Origin: Heterodontus francisci
Lineage: Eukaryota
Length of the DNA: 64,000 bases
Reading direction: 5' to 3'
Assembly (NCBI RefSeq): GCF_036365525.1
Contig: NC_090412.1
Coordinates: 11,822,123-11,886,122 of the forward strand
Shown here: positions 27,201 to 43,211 of the stretch, one piece after another
Layout: every line of letters begins with the position of its first letter
How positions within the stretch are numbered: position 1 is the first letter of the stretch
The notes under the pieces: model-generated
Told to the model about the DNA's origin: nothing
Databases searched by the model: none
Seen by the model: only the letters and a program-made list of their open reading frames with translations
Made by a program: the position numbers and the translations under genes

Positions 27201-29953
27201 ACACAGGGTGATCAATATCTGGAATGGTAGAGTAGTCAGGCCAAAACTTCTGGAGTCTTCAAAAGGCAGTTAGACAATATAATGGGGGGAGGGCAGAGAC
27301 TTTAGGTTTTTAAGGAAGGATGAACTGAAAGAGCCAAATGACTGCCTTCATTGTTGTGATTCAACACCACCAAAAACAGATTAACTGTCCATTTCTATCA
27401 ATGCTGTTAGTTAATGGGATCTTGTGTACAAAATAGTTGCTATGCTTACATACATGGCCAGTCCTATGGCACTTTGGATCAGCTGCATTGCCCCTCTTTG
27501 CATTTCAAAGCAATTCAATGTACGTTAAGTGCTTTGAGACATTTTTAAGAGACATGAAAAGGTGCTATATAAATGCAAATCTTCTTTTATATTAAAGATT
27601 CAGAATTCATATTGGCCTGAGATTTTGGGTTCCAATCCAAATGAGACATATTAGTTCTGGGGACTGTTACAATTTTCAAATTGTCATAGAGGGTCAAATA
27701 CTTCAAGTTCACATACAAATTGGGTAAGATGCAGAATAATGATTCCCATTCTCACTCTATCCCAATACTGTCTCCCAGAAAAACATCTGGAAGTGGTCCA
27801 GTTTAGATTTCTCTTTCTCACATTGGCCCCCTCACTTCATTGAGATTGCCACTTTTGTGTGAAATTATTCCTTTGAGTTCAGGATTTATGCCCCCAGGGT
27901 CTGGATTTGACTGCCCAAACCAATTTCACTCAGGGTTCTTATAGAAAACACTAAAAGAAAAATTGCATCAAACTGGATTGAAACCCTGATCTCAAGTGTG
28001 AAAGTGTTGTAATGCATTTTTACCACTTTCTAACTCACCTACATTCCATGGTGCAATCCCTATCTGACACTATAGTCAGAGGTTTTCTTCAATGATCACT
28101 GACCTTCAAGGCAAGCTTTTATTTACTATTGTAATTTTGTTTTGGGTGCATTCACCGTTTATGAGGAGTTACAAAGACGGACAGGTAAAGACCCTTTGGT
28201 GCATCCAACCTGTCCCACCAGGAGTTCTGAATATTTGTGCCTGAACAGACGGAAGAGAGGGAGATTTTATACAGTATATCACCTAAAATTGTGAAGCAAC
28301 AAAGTACATAACATTAATAACTTGCCCCAGATCAAAGAGGTAGACAGTAAATCATTCCATAAAACAATGTTTATGGTACACTTGTCAAGCATAATTTTGT
28401 ATGAATCCAGAAGCTGGGGAATTAAGAAATTGTCTCCCTCGCAATACCCCTTCCTTCCACAAGGCGACGCGGATAAATCTTTATTGGCAAGGTCCAGGAA
28501 CTCAGTGAGGTTCAATTGGGAGTTGATCGCTGTGGCGGTAATGATTTATTAAAACGTGTTACACCCGTTTTAGACAGGAGGTCGTTGACTTTCAGAGTTT
28601 CATCTTTCGATGCTGTCTCAAATCCCACAGAAACAGTAATACTTGCTGTCCAAGGGACGCTGCTTTGAATCACATTTCCTGACAGTTGGTTCCCATTAAT
28701 TTTCTTTTTTCTAATCAGCGCATTTCCGAGTAATGATGTAAGACTGCTCGGAGTCAGTAATCTTACACTGGGTTCTGGTTTGACATTCCATGGGGTATCA
28801 ATCCCATTGACTGATTTCACAGCCAATGTGCAAAGTTCTCACTGGAGGGAGCTATCTGACCTTAATTTAAATACTTGGCGAGTTTACACTTTCTCCTCCC
28901 CACTCGGTAAATAGTATTGGGACATGTGCAAGAGAGCACTCTAGAACAAGACAATTCAGAGTTCTGACAAGGAAGGAGCCAACACTGCCAAACTGGAATC
29001 TTCAACTGCTGAGAAGGGAATACAGGCAGAAGTAAAAGTGTGAGATAACTTCTGGAGAGGCCTGACACACTCCATAGTGCATTTGCAAAACCGATTGGGG
29101 CCCATGTTGCTAGTTTTAATGGCACTTCAATGCAAATACGCATCTAAAACTGCTTCAAAAGTCATAGTTGCAACTGCGTCCAATGTAGGGCCATTGTGTC
29201 CAGAAGATGTGTGGAGGCTAAGCCACAGGCTTTAACCTATTTGAAATCATTGGTTTATTGATTGGACTCCAAAAGCACTTCATTGGCTGTAAAGCGCTTT
29301 GGGATCTCCTGAAGTCGTGAAAGGCGTTAAATAAATGCAAATCATTCCTTTTTTTAGCAGTCAGACTTTCTTCAGTTGCCGTTTTCACGAATTTCTAAAT
29401 ATGTTCCAAAATAACTAAGCTTGGAGATGTTAACCTGCAATCAATATTAATTATAGTTAGCCAAAAGACCTTTATAATCTTCTGTAGTTCAAGTCTTGTA
29501 AAAGCAGTCACCATGAGACTACATGTACAAAGCGCCCACCTGTCCAGAGAGGAGGAACAAATCGGGGACATTTACCCGCAAGACGCTTGTCTATAAAGTG
29601 TACTTTTAAGAATGAGAGAGACAAAGATATGAGGCTTTAAAGTTGAATTTTAAAAGTATATGTTTATCATATTTATTTTGGTTTAAAATTATATGTCGAA
29701 ATGAATTTCGTTCATAAATTTCTTTTCATGAACTTCTCTAATCAACTTAAATATATTCTAATATATTTCATAAAAATATGTAATCCGCTGGATAGAATTT
29801 TGGTTTGGGTGATTTGAGCTGTTTTCTATGTCGAACCTCTGGCCGAGTTCAAGGTTACGTCAGATAAGATTACTGTTAATGTGATTCGATGTAATCTCAA
29901 ATTGTGAACGCGTCTGGTGTGAAGACAAACGCCTTGTCTACATTTGAGGAATC

Positions 29954-30060
29954 ATGGACATACTTTGGAACATTTACTGTCTTCTTCTGCTCTGTTCTGC
30001 TAAACGAACAGTTGCATCTTGTGTGCCGGAGTGTTCTTGCAGAAATGATAGCTTTGGAAG
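29954..30060 (+). CDS. LRIT2: LRIT2 copy 2, exon 1
   Basis: Same sequence as 16696-16802 at offset +13258. Confidence 0.85.
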
Positions 30061-30164
30061 GTGAGAATCAGGTTTTCACTGTTGTTTGAGTTACCATTTC
30101 GTGAAATTTGTAGGTGTATATTTGAAAATGAGGATCGTTTGCAAATGTGTGTTTTGTTTTACAG

Positions 30165-30946
30165 AAGTTTGCTCTGCATATCTTCCTCTTTGCGAAGAAT
30201 ACCAGTGAATATTCCACCCGATATCAAAAAAATCAGAATAGAAAATTCTCGTCTGGCAGAATTACCTCGTGGTGCGTTCTCCGTAACCCGTGCCTTGGAA
30301 TACCTGTGGCTGAATTTTAATGATATTACACTCATGCATGCGAAGAGTCTGCAAGATATGACCAATCTATCCGAGTTGCGAATGCAAGGGAACAAATTGC
30401 GTTCAGTACCATGGACAGCTTTCCAGGATTGTCCCGCTTTGAAAATTTTGGATTTGAAGCACAATCGACTGGATGTTCTTCCAGAACATGCTCTGAGGTA
30501 TCTCACCAACTTGACCTACTTGGACATATCCTTCAACCAGCTGACAGTGATTTCTCCAGATGTGTTCCTAAACTGGCCGGTCTATCAGAGAACACAGCAG
30601 GTTGAGGGTCAAGAGAAAAGTACCTCCAACGCAGTACTAGCTCTCCATAATAATCCATGGTTCTGTGACTGCCGTCTTAAAGGTTTTGTACATTTCGTCA
30701 AATCCATCAGTCCCCCTATTATTCTGATGAATTCTTACCTATCCTGTTCAGGCCCAGATTCCAGGGCAGGGAAATTTTTCTACGAAGTGGAACTAAAAAG
30801 TTGCTTTAAACCGTTAGCAACGTCTGAGAACGCGAATGTTAGTGTTCCACTTAGAGAGAAAGTACATCTTTCCTGTGAAGCCAAAGGAAATCCTACCCCT
30901 ACAGTGTGGTGGACAAATGGTGTGAAGATCATTCGGAGATTTAATG
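30165..30946 (+). CDS. LRIT2: LRIT2 copy 2, exon 2
   Basis: ORF translation identical to copy 1 at offset +13258; splice sites intact. Confidence 0.9.
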
Positions 30947-32868
30947 GTATGTTCCTATTGTCACTATCTGAAAGTTAGCCTTTTTTTTTTACCTTCTTAC
31001 AATAGCATTTAAAACCGCATTCTGGAAAACGAAAGCCACAAAGTTTACCACCTTTTTATGAGATGGCTTTTGAGTCTAACAAAAGTTTAATTTATAGACC
31101 ACCAAATGATACATCACGTGATTTATAAAGGAATTACATTATGAGTACTTACAAAATCTTGCACATAGTCTGACTTTCCATAAATGTCACGTTTACTTTA
31201 TTTAGAGATACAGCACTGAAACAGGCCCTTCGGCCCACCGAGTCTGTGCCGACCAACAACCACCCATTTATACTAACCCTACAGTAATCCCATATTCCCT
31301 ATCACCTACCTACGCTAGGGACAATTTACAATGGCCAATTTACCTATCACCTGCAAGTCTTTGGCTGTGGAAGGAAACTGGAGCACCCGGGGAAAACCCA
31401 CGCAGACACAGGGAGAACTTGCAAACTCCACACAAGCAGTACCCAGAATCAAACCTGGGTCCCTGGAGCTGTGAGGCTGCGGTGCTAACCACTGCGTCAC
31501 TGTGCCGCCCTCAAGTTATCACTTGCTGCACACTTAGTACCATTTTGTTGATAACCCCCTTATTATAAAGTAGTAGACCCTCTAAATCACCATGAGGAAA
31601 ACCCTGAGATCTGTTAGTGTATGTGTATATATTTCGTATAAGACATCAATGCAAACTGTCATTTCTGGGTTGGTTGTGGGCTAAATGATAAAGATTGATT
31701 GCTATGATTAATTGACAACTCTATTAGCAGTATATCATGCGACAGTAGAAGGGAACTAGATGGGTCTTGGACTTTTTTCATCCTGCAAGTCCTAGTTTCC
31801 TAAACCATAACTTGATTCCTCAGAGTATGCAGATTAATTTTATTAATTAATATTCAGTAATTTTGCTGCTCTGATATCAGACCCCATTGTACTTCTGCAC
31901 CCATGACATCACAAACCAATAACGTTCTAACCAGTTTAGTTGTCTACAGCAACATAGTATTTCATGAAGGAAATTAAGGAAAGTATAATTTGCTTGCATC
32001 AAATGCGGAGGGATGGATTATGAACATTTTTGATGTTCTTTAACTGGTCTGGAGTCAATTTGCCATTATATCAGTGAAACTCATTCCTTTATGCTTGGGA
32101 TAAATTGGGTAGCACTTTTCTGACCATTGTACTACCACTTCTGTCTCAATGCAAAGTGATCTCAGGTGTACAACACAGCAATTTCACCATATAACTTGCA
32201 AGTCAGAATTCCTTCGAATTTCTAAACACAGTTAAGGTGAGTTGTGAGATCAGCTGTAGTATTTAGTCATATCTCATTTGGGGTTCCAACCTGATGTTGT
32301 ATAACTACAACCCAGGTCATCGTCAGAATTTTAAAAGTATCCAAGTCATCGATTGGAGCGCTTGGGCCATTAATAATATCAACAAGTTCAGAGAGAGCCC
32401 AGATTCCAACCTTACTCCCTCATAACATTAGAAATTGGATGTCAGGACGGTCAATCTATGACGTCAACCATATCTAAAGACCCCTATTTGCTGCACTCAA
32501 TGCACCCTGCAGTAATAAGTAATGTTACAGATTCAAAAAGGTTGAAAAAAGAAATACTTGCATTTAGAGAGTGCTTTTCATGAACACAAGCTATCCCAAA
32601 GCACTTTACAGCCAATTTAGAACTTTTGAGTTGAGTAAAACTTTTTTTTAAAAGAAGAGTGCAAGGATGTTGAATTGCAGGAAAAGACATGCAATTCCCA
32701 TCTCACTCTGTTAAGTTTCTGTACCTGAAGTAATTTGACTCAATGTTTTTCCTTTGTGCTTATGGTGGGAGCTTAGACAATATTATATACATTTTATATA
32801 AAACTGTGAATAGTTTGCATTAATAATGGAAATTATGTAAATAAAACAAATCTTTATATTAATTATAG

Positions 32869-33674
32869 TGTCTGTCACAAATATTGATGAAGAAACAGTG
32901 AAGTCAGTGCTGGTGATTCCATCAGCCCACAGTACAGATGAAGGAAGTTACATTTGCATTACTACTAACTATCTTGGAAACTCATCTGTGCGGATTCTGG
33001 TGACAATTTTAACTTCAGAAACTTTACCTACCCCATCATCCTTGTCCCCTTCATCCTTGGAGGAGGAGAATGTTTATATAGATGTTAGGATTGCAAAGCA
33101 GACAGTATATGGCATAACCCTGGAGTGGTACACAGCAACACGGAACCCTGCTGAAACCTGGTACACCCTGCACTTCGGGAAATTTGAAGATGCTAAAAAG
33201 GAAATGATTTACATCGGACCAGGGGTAAATACTTATGCAATTAATGATCTGTTTCCAGCAACAAAGTACAAGGTGTGCGTGACACTGAGGAACCAGCCTC
33301 CGAAGAGAAGTCAATGCATTATATTTGTTACAGGTAGTGATATCAGTGAAATGGAGCAAAGAGAGAAGCTCATTCACATTATAGTCATTGTGTGCGCCAT
33401 GGTTTTGGCAGTCCCAGCAGGAATGTACGCTTGTACGACAGAGACCCGTTTCAGCTGCTTTGATAGATGTGGCAAGTTTTGTCGAAGACAAAGACGAGGA
33501 GAAAAAACGCTGAAGACTGGAGCACGGGATGTCACCTTTGACAGTTTGCAGACAGGCAGCGATGCTGAACTCTGTAACAGAGACTCCAAGGAAGACAGGA
33601 GGCGACGTAAAAAATCAGATGACAAAACCCATAAGACCAAAACCGAGCACAAGAATAGTGATGAATTGTATTAG
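32869..33674 (+). CDS. LRIT2: LRIT2 copy 2, exon 3
   Basis: ORF translation identical to copy 1 at offset +13258. Confidence 0.9.
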
Positions 33675-36600
33675 ACAAAACTAGCATTAGCTTGTTTTCG
33701 TCAAAACCTACTTAAGGCACCAGTGAATATTTTATAATTAGGGCTGGATGCCCTGACTATATTACACATCTGTTGACAATATGGCACAGTTATTGTGGTC
33801 TGTGTTAAAACATGACTATCTGTTATTGCCATTTATAGACACACTTCTGGCATCGAGATTAAATAGCCATTAACAAACAGAGTAAAAATCTTATATATGC
33901 TAGCTGATCTCCTGTAGTATTTTACATGGGGAATTAAAAGCAAGTGTTGTCTTCAGGTGAAGTGGGGTTAGAGGGCAGGATACAATTTGACCAGGGTACA
34001 CTGGTCCACATTTTATGTCCCACTTTATGTAATATTTTGATTTAATATTTATAACTAAAAACACATGACAAGTTGGGAGGCAGAGAAATAGTTAGTTGGA
34101 GGCTGATGTTCTCTACAGTATAAGCTGGGAGACATAGAACTAATGGGCTACAGTGCCATCACTGGTCGGAGGATTTAATTATAATGTGATAGGTTTACAT
34201 AGACAGTTTCAATTATGTGTCGGCATAGAAATTCATAATGGAATAAATGCAGGTGTAGGATTTTTGATATTATTTCTTCTGTGTATTATATGTTACTTAT
34301 ATCATATCAAAGGATTAACTTTCTCACAATTTTACTTTGCCACAAAGGCATTTGGTCAAATGCAACTAAAATAAATTTAATTCAAAGCACAAGTTCTTAC
34401 CTAAACTAGTCAATGAAAAACATTCAGGAAGATGAGGATGTGCTGAATGTTGTACAGCTGTTCAGGAATATCCTGTAAAATAACTATTAAAAAGAGGTTA
34501 ACATAACTTGTAAACTAACAAAAGTACTAATAAAGATAGCCAGCACTTGAAAAACATTTTTAAAATTACTCATTATCACCTGAATAGGATTGTTTGCATC
34601 AACCCAATTTTTGAATAGGTAAACTAATCCTAGGGATAAAATCAACCTTCGGTATAGATCCAGTCAAAGGAAGAGATGTTCCAAGCCAGCAAAAGCATAA
34701 GATAGCAGCGAAAGAAACTATGAAGAGTCAGAGGTGGAGCGGGGAGTTTACTCATAAGTACAGCATAGCAAAAGACAGAAAAGTGATTGATATGAATCAC
34801 TGGTCACTCAAAGACCAATAATAGAAGGAAGTCAAGATGGTTTGTTAAGAAAATAAAAATGATGAGATTGGTGAACCCATGTTCATGAATCTTAGGTCAA
34901 AAAAGCAAGGCAATTGAACATGTCACCCTTTCAAGAAGCTGGTTAGCTTGGGGGAAAATCCTATCAGCATTGAGCTAATCAAGTTTTACGAATTTGTGTT
35001 TACCATAGTTCAAAAGGACAAGTATGAAGTACTAATATGTGTAAAGGTCAGGTTATGAAGATGTGATTGAGATGGAAAATTGTCTGTTCACTTTAGGTCA
35101 AGTTGGAAAAAATGTGAAGAAATATATAGGAAAAAGTAGATGAAAGCCAACATTTTAACCAAATATAAATGAGTTACGCACAGTATCAGATTTAATTGGT
35201 TGAAAATAATGAAAGGAAAGTATGGATTATAGACTGTTTCACAAGGTATGAAGCACTGAAGTGTCAAGAGATTGTTATTGCACAATTTCATTCTATGAAT
35301 AGCTTGCATGAAATTGGCTTAGTGCACATTATAAATTAAGAACACAGCATCAGTGGAATTTATTGTGAAAAAACTATAGAGATAGTGTAATGGAAGAATA
35401 TATTTAATCATTTTCTGTGACCATTCAAAGAAGTAACACATACACAGTTTGAAATGGATCCAACATATGTATCAATTTATACTTGATCTACTTCTACTCC
35501 TAAATATTCTAAAACTTTTTTAAAAATCGACAAGATACACAATGGTGCTGAGTAACTCACCTAATCAGCTATTGTCCATCCGAAGTTTAAATCAATCCTT
35601 ATATTTTTTTATCTAGAAATATTAAGGAAGCATAGAAATAGTTTTAAGGAAGATTATTTAATATTTGACTCTTCATTCGCTGAGAAAATTGCTATTTTTT
35701 ATCAGTCTGCTCAATTTTTGTAGTGTAATCAACTCAATGAAATTACATAGTTAATTAGAATTTTACAGCACAGAAACAGGCCATTCAGCCCAGCGAGTCT
35801 ATGCCATTGTTTATGCTCCAAATGCACCTCATAGAGTCATAGTCATAGAGAGATACAGCACTGAAATAAGCCCTTCGGCCCACCGAGTCTGTGCTAACCA
35901 CCAACCACCCATTTGTATTAATCCCATATTTCCCTACCACATCCCCTCAATTCTCCTTGCACCTACCTACACGAGGGGCAATTTACAATGGCCAATTTAC
36001 CTATCAACCTGCAAGTCTTTGGCTGTGGGAGGAAACCCTGCGGAAACCCACGCGGTCACAGGGAGAACGTGCAAACTCCGCACAGGCAGTACCCAGAACC
36101 GAACCCGGGTCACTGGAGCTGTGATGCTAACCACTGCGCCACTGTGCTGCCCCATTTTATTTCATTTAACCCTAGCAACACATCATAGAATCATAGAAAT
36201 CACTTACATGGCATATGAAAATTGTTTTCGACCAAGCATAGCTGACCTTTGTGCCCAACTGAGGGAGTGGTGGACAGAGGGAAAAAACTACAGAGAAAGA
36301 ATAATAAGTGCTGAAACACCATATGGAATATCCATTAGAAATAGCCAGATTCATCCCAGAAGGCTTAAGAGTCTAATTGCCCATTTGATAGTACCTTCCC
36401 AGTTGGGAGAAGAGGATAACCAGAGGCTGGCAGCAGCTCAGTGTTGCCCTTTCAGTAGCTGGATCATAAGTTCACTGCCAGCAGTAACAGCCTTTCCAAA
36501 AGAAAATCCACAGTCATTCAGATTTTCTTAGCTTCTAAAATTGCAGTCATTTTGTTAGCCATTCTAAAACTGCACTGAACACTCATATAAAAGAATAATT

Positions 36601-37160
36601 TAAACATCTAATCATTTGAATTAATAAAATGAAATGAATTGCATATCTAAAGATGGAAGAAAGCTCTCCTAATGGCTCAGTGAGCTTATCGAATATTTAG
36701 CTAAACACAGCAGAAAGGTCTTACACTGAATCGAGTGTTGAGGTAGCTAATCCCATTACAACTTCTTTCAGCACTGTTGTGTTGGGGGAGAATTGGCCAC
36801 AGTTCCTCCTCCTGATCAGAATCCACAAAGTTCTGATCTAAGTGTTTGTGCTTGAACTTCAAATTTCATGGTGGGTCTTGGTTGTGATGCCTGCGACAGT
36901 GGAAGAGCTGAGCTGAACTCTCAAGGCTTTACAGGTAACAGCTAAGTACAATGGGTTAGGTACAAGATGGCCTGTGGAACTACACTCCAGTGACAAATCA
37001 ACTCCTTCAGGAGATAAGGGAGGCGAATGACGAGCATGCACAAAAAATTATTGCATACATAAATACACAAATAAATACTTAACAAGAAAGTGGAAGAGAA
37101 AGAAGTCAAAGTGTGAATGAAACTAAATTTAAATCACTGATGGAGCCCCATGATATTAAA

Positions 37161-37532
37161 GCAAAATACTGCGGATGCTGGAAATCTGAAACAAAAACAA
37201 GAAATGCTGGAGTCACTCAGCAGGTCTGGCAGCATCTGTGGAAAGAGAAGCAGAGTTAACGTTTCGGGTCAGTGACCCTTCTTCGGAACTGACAAATATT
37301 AGAAAAGTCACAGATTATAAACAAGTGAGGTGGGGGTGGGGCGAGATAACAAAGGAGAAGGTGCAGATTGGACCAGGCCACATAGCTGACCAAAAGGTCA
37401 CGGAGCAAAGGCAAACAATATGTTAATGGTGTGTTGAAAGACAAAGCATTAGTACAGATTAGGTGTGAATACACTGAATATTGAACAGCAGCAAGTGCAA
37501 ACCTGAAGAAAAACAACCTGAAAACCCACTGT
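37161..37532 (-). mobile_element. Orphan left arm of the Penelope-like palindrome (end of unit 2)
   Basis: Identical to 50419-50790; cut at the palindrome apex. Confidence 0.8.
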
Positions 37533-40500
37533 AATGGTAGAGTGGGGGATATGCCAGGCCATGAGGTTACAGATTATGGTCGAGTACAGTTCTGCTGCTG
37601 CTGATGGCCCACAGCACCTCACGGGTGCCCAGTTTTGCATTGCTAGATCTCTTCGAATTTTCTCCCATTTGACACAGTGGTAGTGCTACACAACATGATG
37701 GTGGGTGGCCTCAGTGTGATGACGGGACTTTGTCTCCACAAGGACTGTGTGGTGGTCACTCCTACCAATACTGTCATGGACAGATGCATCTGCAACAGGT
37801 AGATTGGTGAGGACGAGGTCAAGTAGGTTTTTCCCTCTTGTTGGTTCCCTCGCCACCTGCCACAGTGCCAGTCTAGCAGCTGTGTCCTGTAGGCTGTAGG
37901 CTGAATGGAGACGGCCAAAACACATTAGGACCCTGACAGTTAACAGACAAAGGGTGCTATCAACCCATCAATCTAAGTTGGATTTGAACCTGGAAGTGAA
38001 AGGCCAATCTCTAATCTTTTGCTTCCTCTTATACGTTAACATCTATTTTTATTCATTGCTCAGTGCATTTGGATGTCTTTCTGTGCACTGTAAGAAATAA
38101 GTACCTTGCAATGCATCTTTCTTAAAATAGATACCATTTTGTTTCACATCACTCTATGATGTTATTTCTGTGTCACTTCCCATGTCTTGATTCAGAAGAG
38201 TGACAGACATTTTATGTAACAAAATGATCAGCACCAGTTTTTAATTTACCTTTGTATGTCTGTGGAATGACTATTGTGTATTTTACTTATGTTGTGAATC
38301 TCTGAGAATATAACAATTAGGTAAATGGATGCTTTTCTACCAGCACTTATTGTTTTCCTTTTACACTTTTACATGAAGTTTAGTGTTGTCTCAATGAAAG
38401 GTATAATTTTAAAGATGCATTTTGCAGGTTGGTCAGGACTTTTGAACATTTGCCACTCGGCCAACACACACATCACATCTGTACAGTAAGTGTCAGAATT
38501 CCAATAGTATCTGAAGGCAGTGTTCCTCTTGAACAAAATTTTATGCTCATTTATTACCAAGTGAAACATGGTGATTAAGGTCTTAAGGCAACTTTGTGCA
38601 GAACTAATGCTAGCTTGGCGAAAGCATTAATTGAGCAGATCCAACTAACTTAAACCATGTTACCTATTGCATCATGGTACAGGGAGTTCTCTATGATGAT
38701 ACCAGATTCAAACAGGATCTTACATTTTGAGAGCAAACTAAAGTCTGCACATTGGAAGTGTTTTTTTCAATGTACTTCCGAACATGTCAACATAGGAACA
38801 GGAATGGCCCATTTAGTCCATCGAGCCTGTTCTGTCATTCAATGAGATCATGGGGGGTCGATCTTTGACCTAACTACACATACCTGCCTTTGCCTCATAT
38901 CCCTTAATACCTTTGGTTAACAAAAATCTATCAACCTCAGATTTAAAATTAACAGCTGATCTAGCATCAATTGCCATTTGTGAAAGAGAGTTCCAAACTT
39001 CGACTAGCCTTTGTGTGAAAGAGTATTTCCAAATTTCACACCAGAAAGGTCGGGCTCTAATTTTTAGACTATGCATCTAGTCCTTGACTCCCCAACCAGC
39101 TGAAATGGTTTCTCTCTTTCTATCCTATCCATTCCCCTTAAAATCTTGAAAACTTCAATCAAATCACCCCTTAACTTTCTAAATACCAAGGAATACAATC
39201 CTATAACAATGCATGACAAATTGTATCAGGTAGTCGGTGTATATTAACATATTTGAGACATGGTGAAACTGGAGAAAATCAAGCCGCCTTCATGACTAAA
39301 ATAATAGAGCATAACAAGTAACTAGACATTGCTAGAAGCTCTAAGGGAGATACAGTGAATGACTTTCATCAGATCCTAACCAGCAAGTATATGGTGTGCT
39401 GGGCGATAGTGATATTTTTCATTTTACTAAGTTTGATTATGGGCTGATTCCTCTTTCTGCAATCATGAAGCAGAATTGATGCTTCTCACCGACAACCCTG
39501 GATTATCACTGTAGATGTTCCCAACTGAAGAAAGATACATGTTCTTATCTATAGAAGCTGCACTATAAATAACGTTTGTAAGACATTTATAACAAATTCC
39601 ACCAGCTATCTGTAAACTTTCCTAGCGTTTGTTATATATGTATGTATGGAAGACAAGGTAGTTAGGATTCAAATTTGTTCTTTGGTTCGTTCTCTAAAAC
39701 CTTCCCAATAAATAGTTACATTCTCAAATTCACAAAAACTAGACAGATACTTTCAAGGAAGTTGAATGTAGGGTAATTTATTTTATGAAAGTTTTATAAA
39801 CAATTATAGATGTATCTTGGTATTATGAAATATTCAGCACTGCTAGATCTAGACCTCCAAAAGCAGGGGACCATTATTAGGAATGCTGACTGCACATATT
39901 GGGAAATCATGGCTGCACTCTGCTCAATACATTTCCCCAGCAATCCCCTAATAAGTGTTCACTGCTTCATCTTTTTAAGGTATTTCCTTGTTCACCTGTA
40001 CATTTTATCTAAGTTACCCACTGCCTTGAGCTTGTGTAGCAGTCTCTCATGTGGAACTTTTTCCAAGAGTTTTCTGAAGGCTATGTTTTATTGCTAAATC
40101 AGTAGGGTATAAATCTGATGTTATCATGCTGAACTTTCTAGTGCTTTTGTAAGGCCACACATTGAATACTACCCTTGGCTAGAACAAGGGAGTCATGAAA
40201 GCCAAGTGATGCAAAGAGGGGCAATGCAGCTAATCTAAAGTGCCATAGGACTGAGTAATAAGGAGAGATAGAGTTTGATCTCTTTAGCCTCAAAAGGAAG
40301 TGAATGAGAGGAAACCTAATAGATGTATATAAATGGTATGGAATGGAATAGCTAGCTAATTCTAAGCATTATTGCCAGTTAAGAATGCAGGACAAACAGA
40401 CATGGGTACAAACTGGGTAAAAGCTCAACTTAGGACCAATGTCAGGAAGCACTTCTTCACACAGGGTGATCAATATCTGGAATGGTAGAGTAGTCAGGCC

Positions 40501-43211
40501 AAAACTTCTGGAGTCTTCAAAAGGCAGTTAGACAATATAATGGGGGGAGGGCAGAGACTTTAGGTTTTTAAGGAAGGATGAACTGAAAGAGCCAAATGAC
40601 TGCCTTCATTGTTGTGATTCAACACCACCAAAAACAGATTAACTGTCCATTTCTATCAATGCTGTTAGTTAATGGGATCTTGTGTACAAAATAGTTGCTA
40701 TGCTTACATACATGGCCAGTCCTATGGCACTTTGGATCAGCTGCATTGCCCCTCTTTGCATTTCAAAGCAATTCAATGTACGTTAAGTGCTTTGAGACAT
40801 TTTTAAGAGACATGAAAAGGTGCTATATAAATGCAAATCTTCTTTTATATTAAAGATTCAGAATTCATATTGGCCTGAGATTTTGGGTTCCAATCCAAAT
40901 GAGACATATTAGTTCTGGGGACTGTTACAATTTTCAAATTGTCATAGAGGGTCAAATACTTCAAGTTCACATACAAATTGGGTAAGATGCAGAATAATGA
41001 TTCCCATTCTCACTCTATCCCAATACTGTCTCCCAGAAAAACATCTGGAAGTGGTCCAGTTTAGATTTCTCTTTCTCACATTGGCCCCCTCACTTCATTG
41101 AGATTGCCACTTTTGTGTGAAATTATTCCTTTGAGTTCAGGATTTATGCCCCCAGGGTCTGGATTTGACTGCCCAAACCAATTTCACTCAGGGTTCTTAT
41201 AGAAAACACTAAAAGAAAAATTGCATCAAACTGGATTGAAACCCTGATCTCAAGTGTGAAAGTGTTGTAATGCATTTTTACCACTTTCTAACTCACCTAC
41301 ATTCCATGGTGCAATCCCTATCTGACACTATAGTCAGAGGTTTTCTTCAATGATCACTGACCTTCAAGGCAAGCTTTTATTTACTATTGTAATTTTGTTT
41401 TGGGTGCATTCACCGTTTATGAGGAGTTACAAAGACGGACAGGTAAAGACCCTTTGGTGCATCCAACCTGTCCCACCAGGAGTTCTGAATATTTGTGCCT
41501 GAACAGACGGAAGAGAGGGAGATTTTATACAGTATATCACCTAAAATTGTGAAGCAACAAAGTACATAACATTAATAACTTGCCCCAGATCAAAGAGGTA
41601 GACAGTAAATCATTCCATAAAACAATGTTTATGGTACACTTGTCAAGCATAATTTTGTATGAATCCAGAAGCTGGGGAATTAAGAAATTGTCTCCCTCGC
41701 AATACCCCTTCCTTCCACAAGGCGACGCGGATAAATCTTTATTGGCAAGGTCCAGGAACTCAGTGAGGTTCAATTGGGAGTTGATCGCTGTGGCGGTAAT
41801 GATTTATTAAAACGTGTTACACCCGTTTTAGACAGGAGGTCGTTGACTTTCAGAGTTTCATCTTTCGATGCTGTCTCAAATCCCACAGAAACAGTAATAC
41901 TTGCTGTCCAAGGGACGCTGCTTTGAATCACATTTCCTGACAGTTGGTTCCCATTAATTTTCTTTTTTCTAATCAGCGCATTTCCGAGTAATGATGTAAG
42001 ACTGCTCGGAGTCAGTAATCTTACACTGGGTTCTGGTTTGACATTCCATGGGGTATCAATCCCATTGACTGATTTCACAGCCAATGTGCAAAGTTCTCAC
42101 TGGAGGGAGCTATCTGACCTTAATTTAAATACTTGGCGAGTTTACACTTTCTCCTCCCCACTCGGTAAATAGTATTGGGACATGTGCAAGAGAGCACTCT
42201 AGAACAAGACAATTCAGAGTTCTGACAAGGAAGGAGCCAACACTGCCAAACTGGAATCTTCAACTGCTGAGAAGGGAATACAGGCAGAAGTAAAAGTGTG
42301 AGATAACTTCTGGAGAGGCCTGACACACTCCATAGTGCATTTGCAAAACCGATTGGGGCCCATGTTGCTAGTTTTAATGGCACTTCAATGCAAATACGCA
42401 TCTAAAACTGCTTCAAAAGTCATAGTTGCAACTGCGTCCAATGTAGGGCCATTGTGTCCAGAAGATGTGTGGAGGCTAAGCCACAGGCTTTAACCTATTT
42501 GAAATCATTGGTTTATTGATTGGACTCCAAAAGCACTTCATTGGCTGTAAAGCGCTTTGGGATCTCCTGAAGTCGTGAAAGGCGTTAAATAAATGCAAAT
42601 CATTCCTTTTTTTAGCAGTCAGACTTTCTTCAGTTGCCGTTTTCACGAATTTCTAAATATGTTCCAAAATAACTAAGCTTGGAGATGTTAACCTGCAATC
42701 AATATTAATTATAGTTAGCCAAAAGACCTTTATAATCTTCTGTAGTTCAAGTCTTGTAAAAGCAGTCACCATGAGACTACATGTACAAAGCGCCCACCTG
42801 TCCAGAGAGGAGGAACAAATCGGGGACATTTACCCGCAAGACGCTTGTCTATAAAGTGTACTTTTAAGAATGAGAGAGACAAAGATATGAGGCTTTAAAG
42901 TTGAATTTTAAAAGTATATGTTTATCATATTTATTTTGGTTTAAAATTATATGTCGAAATGAATTTCGTTCATAAATTTCTTTTCATGAACTTCTCTAAT
43001 CAACTTAAATATATTCTAATATATTTCATAAAAATATGTAATCCGCTGGATAGAATTTTGGTTTGGGTGATTTGAGCTGTTTTCTATGTCGAACCTCTGG
43101 CCGAGTTCAAGGTTACGTCAGATAAGATTACTGTTAATGTGATTCGATGTAATCTCAAATTGTGAACGCGTCTGGTGTGAAGACAAACGCCTTGTCTACA
43201 TTTGAGGAATC